Shown piece by piece: positions 51,701 through 64,000 of a DNA stretch of 64,000 nt. Each line of letters opens with the position of its first letter. Position 1 is the first letter of the stretch. Location of the stretch: assembly GCF_006345805.1 (NCBI RefSeq), contig NC_043009.1:39370001-39434000 (forward strand), written 5' to 3'. Made by a program: the position numbers and the translations under genes. Origin of the DNA: Octopus sinensis (Eukaryota). The notes beneath the pieces are model-generated. The model had not been told where the DNA came from. It did not search any database and worked only from the letters and a program-made list of their open reading frames with translations.

Positions 51701-53007
51701 ATCTCGATCACTTATACGCCATCGGCCTTGTGACTCTTAAGACCCGCAACAGAAATTCAGTCGGGTCTACCCGAAGAAGAAGAAAAATTTACCACATTAA
51801 AAGACTCACTGATGCACTGTCTTTTGCCCTTCGTCAAAATCCAATGGAAACAAAATAAAGACAATAAACTATTTCAAATATATCTTAAATAAATTACGAC
51901 CATCTTTTCCTTTACTTGATGAAGTCATTGCTTTGTGGCCATGCTGGGGCTATCTAGAAAAAAATTGATAACACGCTAGGTTCTACCGGTATTTGAACCA
52001 ACGTAAAAAAAAACAAAAACAGGGACTAGTTCATTGCTTTCGACAGGTAAAATTTGTTGTATTATTAGCTTATTGCATATATGATATATTAACAAATATA
52101 TAGCTAGAGGGAGATTTCGGAGATTTTGAGATGCCGGCTAAACAACGTTATGTTAGATTGTTTGTCCCACTTTTAGGACATACGTTCGTACATACATACA
52201 TACATACATACATATATACGAGTATAAATATACATACGATAATAATATTATAAGTATTCATATAAACATATATATAAGTGTATATGTATGTATGTATATG
52301 TATGTATATATATATATATATATATATAAGTGTATGTATGTATATGTATGTATATATATATTTATATATATGTATATATATATATATAATGATTGATAGG
52401 TATATGTGTGTGTGTGTGTGTCTGTGCGTTTGTGTGTATTTGTATATTAAGGCTGCAATTAGTTTCATGTTAAGGAAAACATGTTAATATCTGAAAGAAT
52501 TTTAAACCAATCGCACGGAGTATGATGTTTGTTTCCATTTGGAATGGAATACGAAAAATCTCGGGAATTCACAAAAAACACTCGTAAAGAAAACAGCAAA
52601 CCATTGGCCCTACTATAGGATGACACCTTTTGAGTGATTATTTCCCCCGGATATTTCTTTTGAGGAAAAACCAAGTTGGATTGTAAATTCGTTTGCATTA
52701 TATTATATACTGTGTACATATGATCTTCTACTGTGTGTGTGCTGAGAGAGTTCATCAAGGGAGAAAGTATCTTGTATGTGGGAAATTCGTATGTTGTATA
52801 TATTCAATGTTCACATCCAGAGAAATAACCTATATCGTTGGGGATGGTGGAGTGGGTGGCGGTTCTTCTTTGAAATGTCAGACTATCGGAAAGACGGGCA
52901 GCTCATTCAGGGAAAGAAATACACAATAGGATTAAAGAAATTTTATCCAACAATGGGTGTTGAACACTCATTCTCATTGTTCGACTGGAACTCTCATACA
53001 TACTCAC

Positions 53008-53103
53008 CTTGTCTCTGATGACAGAATACCCAGTGTACGGACATGCTAGCCTATCACTTGGGATATCCCAGTAACAGCTGTACGATTGCAAATTCACCTT
53101 ACC
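53008..53103 (-). CDS. Candidate 96-nt internal exon (GKVNLQSYSCYWDIPSDRLACPYTGYSVIRDK), protein not recognised
   Basis: Acceptor ataatttag|, strong donor AAG|gtgagt, open phase 0-0 frame, non-repetitive context. No homology recognised. Confidence 0.3.
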
Positions 53104-54202
53104 CTAAATTATTGTAAATGATTTGAGATAACTTGTCCTGCCTTGGTTTTGTTGTCATTTCCGCTAATATATATATATATATATATATATATCTTAATAA
53201 ATCGTTTGAATAAATTTAATATATATTATTTCTCTCTTTTTAATGGGGCTCAGGAACAAAATTTTGATGTAAGATGCAGGCGGTATCACTACATTAAGAT
53301 GAGTCATATTGCTGATGATATTTTCAGGAAAATATCTCAAAAGGATTTCGAGAACACACTTTGCAGTGACGTCACAATACTACTCAGAATGCTAGTATGC
53401 TACTCACAGTGACTAATTTATAATTTGTCTGCAGATTCTGTAACACCTGTGCATGATTCTAATAGGCTATGTCATTAACTGGAAAGTGTGTTATTTATCT
53501 CAACAGTGAAAATTGCTCTTTGTTTTTATTGTTGATTGAACCAACAAAGATAAAGAGTTAATTCGCTGGCTGTGATTGCAGTGAGGACTTTATCTAAAGA
53601 GTTATCCAGACTCCTTCACAAGCTAAATAAATACATGTGAATATAACGTAAACGATAGAAAAAATGTTAGGAGCAGAAGAATATTTTCTGCGAGACTAGG
53701 CTCAGATAACTATGCAATTATGTTTCCACTCGTAAGACATGATATGCATAATCAAATGAAATAAATTGTTTCAGTGAAATCATATCTGCAATGAATTCGC
53801 ATGGAATATATAGATTCTCCGGCATATCTACATCACATTCCATTCGTTTTTACTGCGAAGAGATAAACAATATACGACTTGAAAGAAATTGATATATGCG
53901 CGGTGAGAAAAATATGTTTATTTACCAATATCATTTCACAGACAAATCTACACTAAGTTGGTTGAAGATAAAATCTCATTCAGAACGCTTTCAATGACAC
54001 CCACGTAGCAAGAAGCATCTTATATATACGAACGACGCGCGCGTATACATACATATTTAAATATATATAATATAAATATATACACATACATGCATACATA
54101 TATGTATATATACATGTGTGTGTATGTATGTATGTATGTATGTATGTATGTATGTATGTATGTATGTATGTATGTATGTATGTACGTATGTCTGTCTGTA
54201 AG

Positions 54203-54235
<33 letters not shown>

Positions 54236-55170
54236 GCATAAGCATGCGTACCTTATAAATCCTTATACACATACACACATATACGTATGTATAGCTAAAT
54301 CTGATTACTTATTTATGGATATGTATGTGTTTGTATACATACATATATGTATATGTATGTATACATGGATATATGTATATATATATATATGTATCATGGA
54401 TAGCGCGCATACACACAAGCGCACACATACACAAATCCATAAATAAATATTCATATTAGCTATAAATATATGTGTGTATGTGAATGTGCGTGTGTGATTG
54501 TGTGTGTGTATAAATATTCGGTGCTTCTGCACGTATATATATAGATATACATTTAAAAAATTGATATCTACACACGCACTGACAGTGTATGTACATGTTA
54601 GCTTTAATACACACAAATGCTGGAGTCTCTTGTAAACTCTGTTACTTGTCAAAATACACGCACATACACATACAGAGAAAGAGAGAGTGAGAGAGAGGAG
54701 AGGAAAAGAAAGAGGCAAGCAAGACAGAGTAATGAAGAAGACAGAGAGACGAGCAGAGACAGAGATTTATATGTTGATGTCATTGTTCCGTTTCATGCTT
54801 GCTTTTCTATACGAAGACCACACACAACATTTAAAGTGTTGTCAAATCTTGCTCATACCCACCGTGTAATAGAAAAACATGCCAGTAAGAATCCAGCAGC
54901 GAACATATAAACATATTATCAACATGAAAATGGACGTCCGTTAAACAGATGGTCTCTGTATTATTTTTTCGGCGGCTTTTTTCTTCATTTTGTAAAAAAA
55001 AAAAAGTTTAAAAGAAGCGTAAACGGTACGTTTTTGCTCTTGACCTTAACAATATATAGAACGTACTCAGATCTGTAAAGAGAGTATGAGTTCATCCATT
55101 GTAAACCCGTTTCCCCCTTCGATGTAATAAAAACAATCTCTTTATGCGTGTATGTATATATATATATACA

Positions 55171-55214
<44 letters not shown>

Positions 55215-55241
55215 ATATATATATATATATACACACATATA

Positions 55242-55272
<31 letters not shown>

Positions 55273-55559
55273 CATATATATATATGTATATAAATATACA
55301 TATATATATATACATATATATATATATACATATAAACACATGTATACATATATATACGCACACATATAATATATATATACATATATATATATAATATATA
55401 TATTATACATATACACATACACACACATACATATGTGTGTATATATTCATATATACATATATGCATACACACAGGTGCGTATATTATACGTGCAGAAAGG
55501 AGCGCATGTTTTTATTGCATATACTCTATCTATAAAGGAACGGATTTAGATGTGTCTAG

Positions 55560-55722
55560 GTATAACTAATTTTCTTTTGATGGCGATTTAATGATTGGAT
55601 GAAAGTACTGCAAAAGCAACACTGGTACTTGCTTAGACCATAAGCATAGGATAAACGTCCAGTGGCGAGAAAGATAGTATATATCTGTGGAATAGCTTTT
55701 TCAAAATCTAAGTACGCAATAT
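55560..55722 (-). pseudogene. CR1/L2-type LINE reverse transcriptase fragment
   Basis: AYLDFEKA...YAYG...FIQSLNRHQK resembles the YLDF.KAFD...L..YG...WI.SFL.NR.Q.V RT motif. Confidence 0.55.
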
Positions 55723-56090
55723 ATGTATGTATGTATGTATGTATCACGGTTATGTATTGGATAAGAAAATGACCGTCCCCAAATATAACTACATATATAT
55801 GTGTGTGTTTGTTTGTGTATACATGTGTATCGAATGTATAAGTATATATATATATGTGTGTATATGCTGGTGTCCTGTGTTTGTACTCAGATAATTCTCA
55901 GGTGCCACCTAAAAAAACAGACAATAGAAAAAGGAGAATTTTAATGAGAAACGTGATATTGGCTATTTTCATTTATTCTTTAACGCTAGAAATTTTATTA
56001 CTTCTTCATCAATTATTTACAAAGGAACTAAACTACAAGTGATCTTGTTTTTATGAGTTTCTCTTTTTCTGATAGAAATCTTATTCCCAC

Positions 56091-56132
<42 letters not shown>

Positions 56133-56673
56133 TGCATATATGTGTGTATGTGTGTACATATATTTATGTATATGTAAGGTCATTTATGGCAACCCTGTCT
56201 CAATTGTTTATCTAACGTAGTCTCAGCATAGTTTCATCTTCATGTAAGCTACACACGAATGTCGCCCTGTGAGTGGTTTGCATTTGGTAGGGGAGATAAT
56301 TTTTTTGTTGTTGTTCTTTTATGTACCCTTTTATGCACTGAAGTATGGTTTTTGTGTCTAACTATAAAGCGAATGACAAAGCTGCAGCAAAAATATAAAA
56401 ATCAAAAGAAGCAAATATTTACACGGGAAGGGTGAAAGATGGAAGACATTAAAAAAACATCAATCATTGTTTCATTAGAACATTATCTATTAGAACATAG
56501 AACATTTTTTTCTTCTTTTAAACACAAAAAATGTATTATTCTTATGAAGTCGATAATGTATATGATCATATACATATACAAACAAACACAAACACCACAC
56601 ACAGATATGTGTATGTACGCACGAGTCTATCTATACATGTATATATATATAAATATACACGTATATAAGTTTG

Positions 56674-56706
<33 letters not shown>

Positions 56707-56720
56707 ATATATATACAATG

Positions 56721-56752
<32 letters not shown>

Positions 56753-57205
56753 TGTGTATATATATGTATATGTTTGTATGCGTGTATGTATTAATGCATG
56801 CATGTATGTATATATGTATAGTTATGTAGACTTACTGTAAAGAGAATCTCTCATCACGTTGTGTCATTTTAACCGCGTTAAAGAGTTAAAAGGTTGCCAC
56901 CGCAAGGGCAGGAGTTTGTGAGCAAAATGACATTAGTATAGCTATATAAAACAGCTGTCTTTGTCCATTTTTACAGACATTATAATGGTTACAATGGTTG
57001 CTCGAGTTTGAATACATCGTGAGAGACCTGGAACATTGTTATTGACAAATAGTAAGAAAAAATAATGGAAATATGAATAGTGCGTGTTTTGCTTTGGTAA
57101 AATGACCCAACGTGAAATATATATATATATATATATACATATATATATGCCAATAAATACACAAATATATGCGTATATATATGTGTGAGTATATTCACGT
57201 ATGTC

Positions 57206-57241
<36 letters not shown>

Positions 57242-57249
57242 TATATATA

Positions 57250-57299
<50 letters not shown>

Positions 57300-58149
57300 G
57301 TGTGCGTATACTTTTATAAATATATATACATACCTTCGAAACGCGGAGTAGATGAAACAGAGACAACTGAACAAGGGGAATATTCATTGTTGTATGTCTT
57401 GTACTCTTTGTTTTCGTTGTTTGAAAAAATGTTCGTTTCCATGTTTTTGTTTTTATGTTTTCGTTTCTCATTGTGTTCACCGTTTTTGATGTCCTGTACC
57501 CATATATGCATGTATATATACATATGTAGGTATGTACATATATGTATGCATATATTTATATATTATATATATATATACATACACACATACATGCATACAT
57601 GCACACACGCACTCATGCATACGCCGCACGTGTGCACACGCACATATTTATACGTATATATATATGTGTATGTATGCTGGGCATACTGTCAAGTTAAGCA
57701 ACATAGAGCAAGCTTACTCCGACCGAAACTGAAACTATAAATATTAATTATTAAATAAAAATGTAGATATTTCCAGTTCATTTATAAAAATGTGAATTTA
57801 ATGTATATAATTGAGTGTATAATTCAGTAAATGGCTAATATTTTGATCTTAAACAGATACAATTCTTGATTCCTTTCAATTTTAATGTATATTATAATCG
57901 TATGTATATTGAGCACATATGAAATGATAATATCCGGTGAACAAAATAATAACGGCCTACCCTCAGTGTCATGACGGTGTTAGGTGCGTGTGCGTATGTA
58001 TATTACTTGTATGTATGTTGGCCTTTAATTGAGTTAATCTTAAATTTCATTTCATTTGTGTTTGCCTTGAATAAAAATATATGCGTGTATACGTTTGTTA
58101 GTGCATATGTGTTATTTATGTATGTATATGCTCATATATGTATATGTAG

Positions 58150-58575
58150 AGGCACAGGCGTAGCTGAGTGGTTAAGAAGCTTGCTTTTTAGGTATATGAT
58201 TTTCGGTTCGTTCTCGCTATGAGACACCTTGAGCAAGTGTTTTCTGCTATAGCTTCGGGCTGATTAAATACTCGTGAGGGCCATTAGTGTCAGGAAACTG
58301 CATAAAACATATCGAATACACACAGTCACGCATGCATGCACACACACACATACACACACATGTACAGAAACACACACACACGTGCGCGTGTAGACGCATA
58401 CATATGCTTCTTTTTGCATGTCTTCGTAACCTAGCGAATCGGCAAGAAGTTTCGAGAGAATAAGCACCAGGCTAGCAAAATAGGTAATGGTGCGTATTTG
58501 TTCTACTAAACCCTTCAAAATGCTGCCCTAGCATTGCTGTTGTCCCATGACTGAAACAAAATATAAAATAAAGAT
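58150..58575 (+). mobile_element. Decayed SINE family A
   Basis: AGGCACAGGCGTAGCTGAGTGGTTAAGAAGCTTGC head; ACCTTGAGCAAGTGTTTTCTGCTATAGC; tail ATGACTGAAACAAATATAAA. Confidence 0.7.
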
Positions 58576-58951
58576 ACATGTGCGCATACATATATGTGTT
58601 TGTATGTACGTCAAAAGTAAAGGTTTGACAGGTAAGCCATACTCAGGTAGCAATACAGTGTTAAAATTTACACACAAACAATGCAGATGGATATTGTCAT
58701 AAAAACCTAATAGTCTTTCATCGCAACAAATTCACACGTGAATGCTAACTTATTGGCTAACAATATATAAAAAAAGTACTTTAGAGGGGCGGTTTACCTG
58801 AGCTTAACCACGTATCTAAGAAATAACACAAAAGTTGTATATATTCTTTTAGATGAAATTGAAATGTCTAAAACAAAAACACAATAAAACCAGTATATTC
58901 GTGTAATGAAACATGTACAGAAGTAAAGTAGTTACGCAAATATACAAATAT

Positions 58952-58997
<46 letters not shown>

Positions 58998-61139
58998 TTT
59001 AGCTTAGTTGAAATATGTTTGAGACATATTTCAACTGCACTTATTCTGAATGACAGCAATTTCAATTTCACGTTGTGACCTACTATTTTCGAATGCGGGT
59101 TACAGAAATTATGTAGTGGCTGCATGGGTTTTGTGTAGTTTAAATGTTCTCCTCCGAAATTTAGCATTATCTTCTTTTCGGAATTCCATTTGAGATTCGT
59201 ACTTTTATGTCGTACTATTATAAACATTCCTCACAAACAGTCGCGACTTGATTGTCGTTCATAATTGAGGAAATATTTTAGTTACATAAAGGTGATTTTT
59301 GTACCATTATTTTTATATTTTACCACTATTGGTATTACTATTATTATTGCAGTATTCTAAAATTTGCTGATTGTACTCTGCTTATGAGATATTCCTTTGT
59401 ATGAGAAGCTTTTGGATTGTGTAAATGAATTCTACTCATTACTACATCACTGTAGAGAGAAATATCGTTAATCTCAGATTTTAGATTTGCTCTTGTTATT
59501 GTTGTTAATCTGATATGGATAATTAGCATATTTTATGGGATGTTTCATTGTATTGTCTGTGTATAGTATTAATAAATCCAAACAGCACGACACATTTTTA
59601 CTAGTAGATTTAAAGGTTGTTGCATGCAAATTCGTTGCCTTTGGGTGTCGACCACATGCAGAATTGGAACACGTGTTTCTGTAGGAGGAATTCTTATCGT
59701 TCAAGTAACATTTAAGGTCTGAAAATCACATGTTTGCTTCTGACGTAATAATACTCAGGATAATTTATTCAGTATGTTCATGATACATGTTAAAGACGGT
59801 TGAGTCAAATTTGAATGAGATTCGCTTGCAAATTATAGCAGGATAGCTTGTCTGTCTCTTTGCCTGTCTGTCTATCTATCTACCTACCTATCTATCTATT
59901 TATCTCTTATATATGTGTATGTATATATTATACATAATTATATGTACATATTTACATATTTTATTGGAAACACCCACACATCCACCTACACATACATACT
60001 TACATATACATACATATACATACGAATTCATATACATAGACACGTGTAAGCGTCTGTGTGTGAGTATGTATATATCTATATTGTTAAAGTAAGTCTAAGT
60101 CTCACCTCTCAGTTAAAACTTATCTTCACTGAATTAATCTGTATGTGCGCCCGTGCCCGCACACGCACACGCACGCACACACATACACACACGTACTCAT
60201 ATACACATATATTTATATGTCATACACGTACAAATCACATAAGTATAATACGTATTTAAATTACATATGTGTGCGAATATTTGTACATGCACTGCTTCTG
60301 TTTGACACTGTGCCACCGTTCATGATATTACTATCCTTGCAAATAATGCGACAATTTCTACCCCTACCCAAGTAGTTCTTCAGTTCGTAATCAGAAATAT
60401 AACACATGCATACTCCAGCAATGAATGAAAAATTGTCAATGTGACATCAATGTTACAGATGCAGATACTTGGAATCTATATTCTCACCGGTATAACTTTC
60501 TTAAATAAATTAAATTTGAAGACTAAGATGCAAATCAAATAACGAACATAAAAATCACACACTTCATAATATCATATCTATACTGCCAGACGAAATACAA
60601 TTAATTATTTAGTTACCTCCTCTTAAGTTTCTGTATTCTAATTTCTCATGGTGTTAGTGGCACAGTCTATCGCGTCGATGCTGTTGACAAAATAATGTGT
60701 GATCTGTTTTAATTTCAGAAAGTTTTAGCAATTCAAAATCATCCCGAGTTGACGGGAAAAGACCACTATGTAGAAAGAAACATAGGCTGGGAACAGTGAA
60801 TGGTGGCGTGTAAGCCAAAACACTGGAGATGTGGATTATGTCACAAATGAGAGAAATGGGAAGCTGAAACGAAAATGAGATTACTACATGAAGATGATGC
60901 AAAAAAAAAAAAAAAATGTATACTCTTCCCACCTCTGCGTAATTTACGAATTAAGCAACATTTATGAGGTGCCGCAAATGCTGAAAGTAAAGGTAAAGAA
61001 TGTGCTACTAGAAATAGTCTCTGTTAGTTGGGGGAAAAGTCTAGCAAGGAATAATAATTCCTCGGTCTGCAGAAGTGATTTAGTTTCCGATTCCAGTTTC
61101 CCGTTACACAGCAAACCCTGGAAAAGATCATTCTGAATG

Positions 61140-61890
61140 AAATGCACTTGATGTACAGCTCACAGATGAGTGCTTTTGTGCTAGAAAGACGACTGAAGCA
61201 TGATGTTTTAGTAGTTTTTACCAGTGACCTTGTGTCCTGCTCTCAATATCTCAGTTACAACAACAGCAGTAATAGAAGCAAGAAGTATAACACCAGCAAC
61301 CAAAGCTTAATCAACTCGACGCGAAACAACCAATGTAAGCAGGATCATAACCAACCAAAGAAAACTCGTTTGAAATCCAAACACTTCCAAGAACCAGCAT
61401 CAGTATATTTCTTCACTTCCTTCTAACTTTTCTTGAAACAAAGATGGAAGCCAGTAACTCTATCACCTTCAAGGACTAAAATATCTGCGTGACACAAGTC
61501 ACAGATGCGCGAGAAGAGAAGCTAAATATCCTTACTAGAAACCATCTACTAGCACAACAGGAAAAAACAGCAACAACAACAAAACAACAACACGAGCGAG
61601 TCACAATCAGAAGACAAACCGTAATTATAAAAAAACAATCTTAGTAAAAACCAAAAGAAGCAATTAGAGCAGAATTACTGACAAGTACAAGTACACAACT
61701 ACATCTAAATCTAGAACAAGTCAAGGCAACCCTGCAGTGTTGGGAGTATGAAAAGCGACCGTAGACGGAAAACACAAGGAACACGATGATACAAACATGG
61801 GAAAGAGACCATACATAAAACAGCCCACTCTCTCCTATAAACACCACGGATACAGTTCTGATGAAGACCACACCAGAAGTCTGCAGGGAC
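61140..61890 (+). pseudogene. Decayed Penelope-like element (RT C-terminal part, possible GIY-YIG region, hammerhead remnant)
   Basis: RRLKHDVLVVF resembles the RYVDD.LVVF RT motif; LTFLE resembles LPFLD; a YG/KRP..R..EH-like stretch near 61740-61790; ends with CTGATGA-AGAC-N10-GTCT at about 61858. Confidence 0.45.
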
Positions 61891-62367
61891 TTTCGGGGAA
61901 TGTTCTAAGAAAAGGTGTGACCTGTTAACAAAGAACAGCTAAAGAAATACTGCAGGGGGTCCTATGGGAATACAGAGAATGTAGATTGTTCACTTTATTT
62001 TTTTTTAAGGCAAGCTGTGTTTTCCGCTTTTTGCTTTCTGTGTCTACGAGGATGTATTAAATGTAAGTTGCGAAAATACAGCTCGCCTGGTGTCAGTATC
62101 GAAGTAAATGGGCGTGCTTGACTATCCTCATTGTGTGTAGGTATATGTTATAAGGACTAATATATCTAAAAACATCTATAGCCATAGAACTGAACACACG
62201 CATTCTCCTTCTGAACAATAGCAATACGTCAGTCACTCGGCAAAGATTGTGTGGATTGGTAGTGTTATAACAATCTTGAAAAAGGATGATTTTACTGCAC
62301 CCAAATGATACCAAGGTGGTCTCTGACAGAAACAGAACAGAGAGCAGTGCATTCTTACGTATTAGTG

Positions 62368-62369
<2 letters not shown>

Positions 62370-62426
<57 letters not shown>
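62370..62426. repeat. (CT)n microsatellite
   Basis: Directly visible. Confidence 0.95.
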
Positions 62427-62430
<4 letters not shown>

Positions 62431-63117
62431 GTGTTTGTGTTTGTGTGTGTGTGTGATGGAACCTGGATTGATAATGAATATGATCTCTGTTACTGTCTGG
62501 CAAAGCGGAGATGGCTTTTTAACCCCCAACTGATGATATGAAGCTTTTTTTTTTTTTACCCCAACCATTATATAAATGTCTGTTCTCAGTTAAATGCAAT
62601 GCAGAATAATGTGGATTAGCATTGTGTACAAACATGTATCTCTTCCGACCACCTTAACTGCGTTCGATCGACAATATTTAATTCAAGATTGATTGATATA
62701 TTTTCTATCAGTAGCCGATAACATTTTGATTACCATGCTTTGACTCTTATACTCTTGTGTGGTTAAGAAAACCAGTTTTCTAGTTGAAGATCTGAAGGGA
62801 TTTTTATACCTATGGTGTTTCTATTCCGTGTATCTTATTCCAGTTTTGCGTATTTAGTGCTTATCTCTTCAAAATGCTTCGGGCATTAAATAAATTGGAG
62901 CTCATTAATGCTCTATCAAATGTAATTATTTCTCATCTATCCGCATGAATATTACTATTACCAATTAACAGAGCAGATTTAAGGCAGTTTCTCTACTTTA
63001 ACTCCGTTTGAAATGTGAGGGGAAGGAGATAAAAGTAATGGAACACCATACAAATCCATACAAAATCGCGAATATTTATAAAATCTAAAACACTTGCACG
63101 TACACATATATGCATAA

Positions 63118-63176
<59 letters not shown>

Positions 63177-63229
63177 TACAAGTACATAGAAACGAAAAAT
63201 AGTTAGGAGACATTAATTGCTGCTACTAT

Positions 63230-63990
63230 AAGGCTGAATCTGGAGGAAAAAAAATTGTAGGTGGAATCCGTAGTGGAGTAAGAGAAAAGATACATTCTTT
63301 AATACTTGTTTGGATGGAAGAGTTTAAAATAGAAATAGAAATGAGATTAAGTTTACTTATCCGTGAGTATTTAATTGTGATATATGGTAATTCCTTGAGC
63401 AGTAAAATGAGGAGGGATTGGTCTCGTAAATTGAAACTCTAGTTATAGGTTTGTAGCTTGCTTGAATGTTAACGCGAATGTCAATATGGGTTCATACAGA
63501 AGCTTTCATCCGAATAGCCCCTGATTTCTGTTAGTTATAGAGAAATGTAGGTGACGAGGGTTTGTCTTTGCGGTTTGATATGAGAGTGTTGCTGATGATG
63601 AAGGGGCCAATGCAAAATACAGAATAGTGACTTTTAAAGAAAATGCGGTATTAATCATAAAATGCGGATGAGATCGAGTAATCGGGAGGTCATGTACGGT
63701 TTTGTTTCACTTAAAAGATAGTAGAGGGAGATTTGGAAAGACAGAAGCAGTTAGAGTTTGAAGGAAAAGAATGTGAAAGTACAAATTTGTTCACCGCGCC
63801 AGGTGAACTGATTATTCAGGATGATAATTACAGCTTGTGGTAGAAAAGAGGCTGGCTAGTTAACTGATGGGGTTTCATGCATTTAATATCCCTTGCAATG
63901 TGAAAGTAGCTTTCACATTCAGAACTGAAGAGTATAGGTGGCGAGAATCGATTGAGAAGTTTATGTGATATACGAGTGATGTTCCGGTAG
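63230..63990 (-). pseudogene. Possible decayed CR1/L2 LINE RT C-terminal region
   Basis: Purine-rich plus strand typical of antisense LINE ORF2 and a faint W..HI...SKL-like pattern; no continuous frame. Confidence 0.25.
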
Positions 63991-64000
63991 ACGTTGCTGC

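Noticed and set aside
52834-52860. IVGDGGVG resembling a Ras-family P-loop
   Set aside because: It lacks the GK[ST] that must follow, the frame ends soon after, and no other GTPase motifs are present.
60340-60390. CTGAAGA...GAAA on the minus strand
   Set aside because: Stem II register does not fit and stem I is absent.
60660-60900. Possible piggyBac cysteine-rich C-terminal remnant (DGKDHY...RCGLC)
   Set aside because: It needs several frameshifts, and no TTAA/TIR or DDD domain is nearby.

Overview
AT-rich, microsatellite-dense eukaryotic non-coding DNA, most likely an intron or intergenic region of an Octopus genome. The organism call comes from my recollection of the abundant tRNA-headed SINE families and was not database-checked. 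No complete protein-coding gene is supported, and nearly all ORFs in the supplied track are microsatellite artefacts. The window is a patchwork of SINEs, decayed Tc1/mariner transposases (DD34D and DD37D-like), non-autonomous Helitron-like and MITE elements, and LINE remnants (RTE 3' end with C2H2 fingers, CR1-like, Penelope-like). It also holds a 1.19-kb tandem duplication and a 73-bp degenerate array. The main result is a set of type I hammerhead ribozyme (HHR) folds read by eye: three look intact (7768-7824 minus, 13277-13353 minus, 13576-13654 plus), one is near-intact (29436-29524 plus), and several are decayed. Three separate loci place HHR sequence in outward-pointing inverted repeats. 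The best is a 465-bp near-perfect palindrome (13233-13697) with an HHR in each arm, so both strands encode a ribozyme. All folding and alignment was manual; coordinates of decayed elements are approximate.
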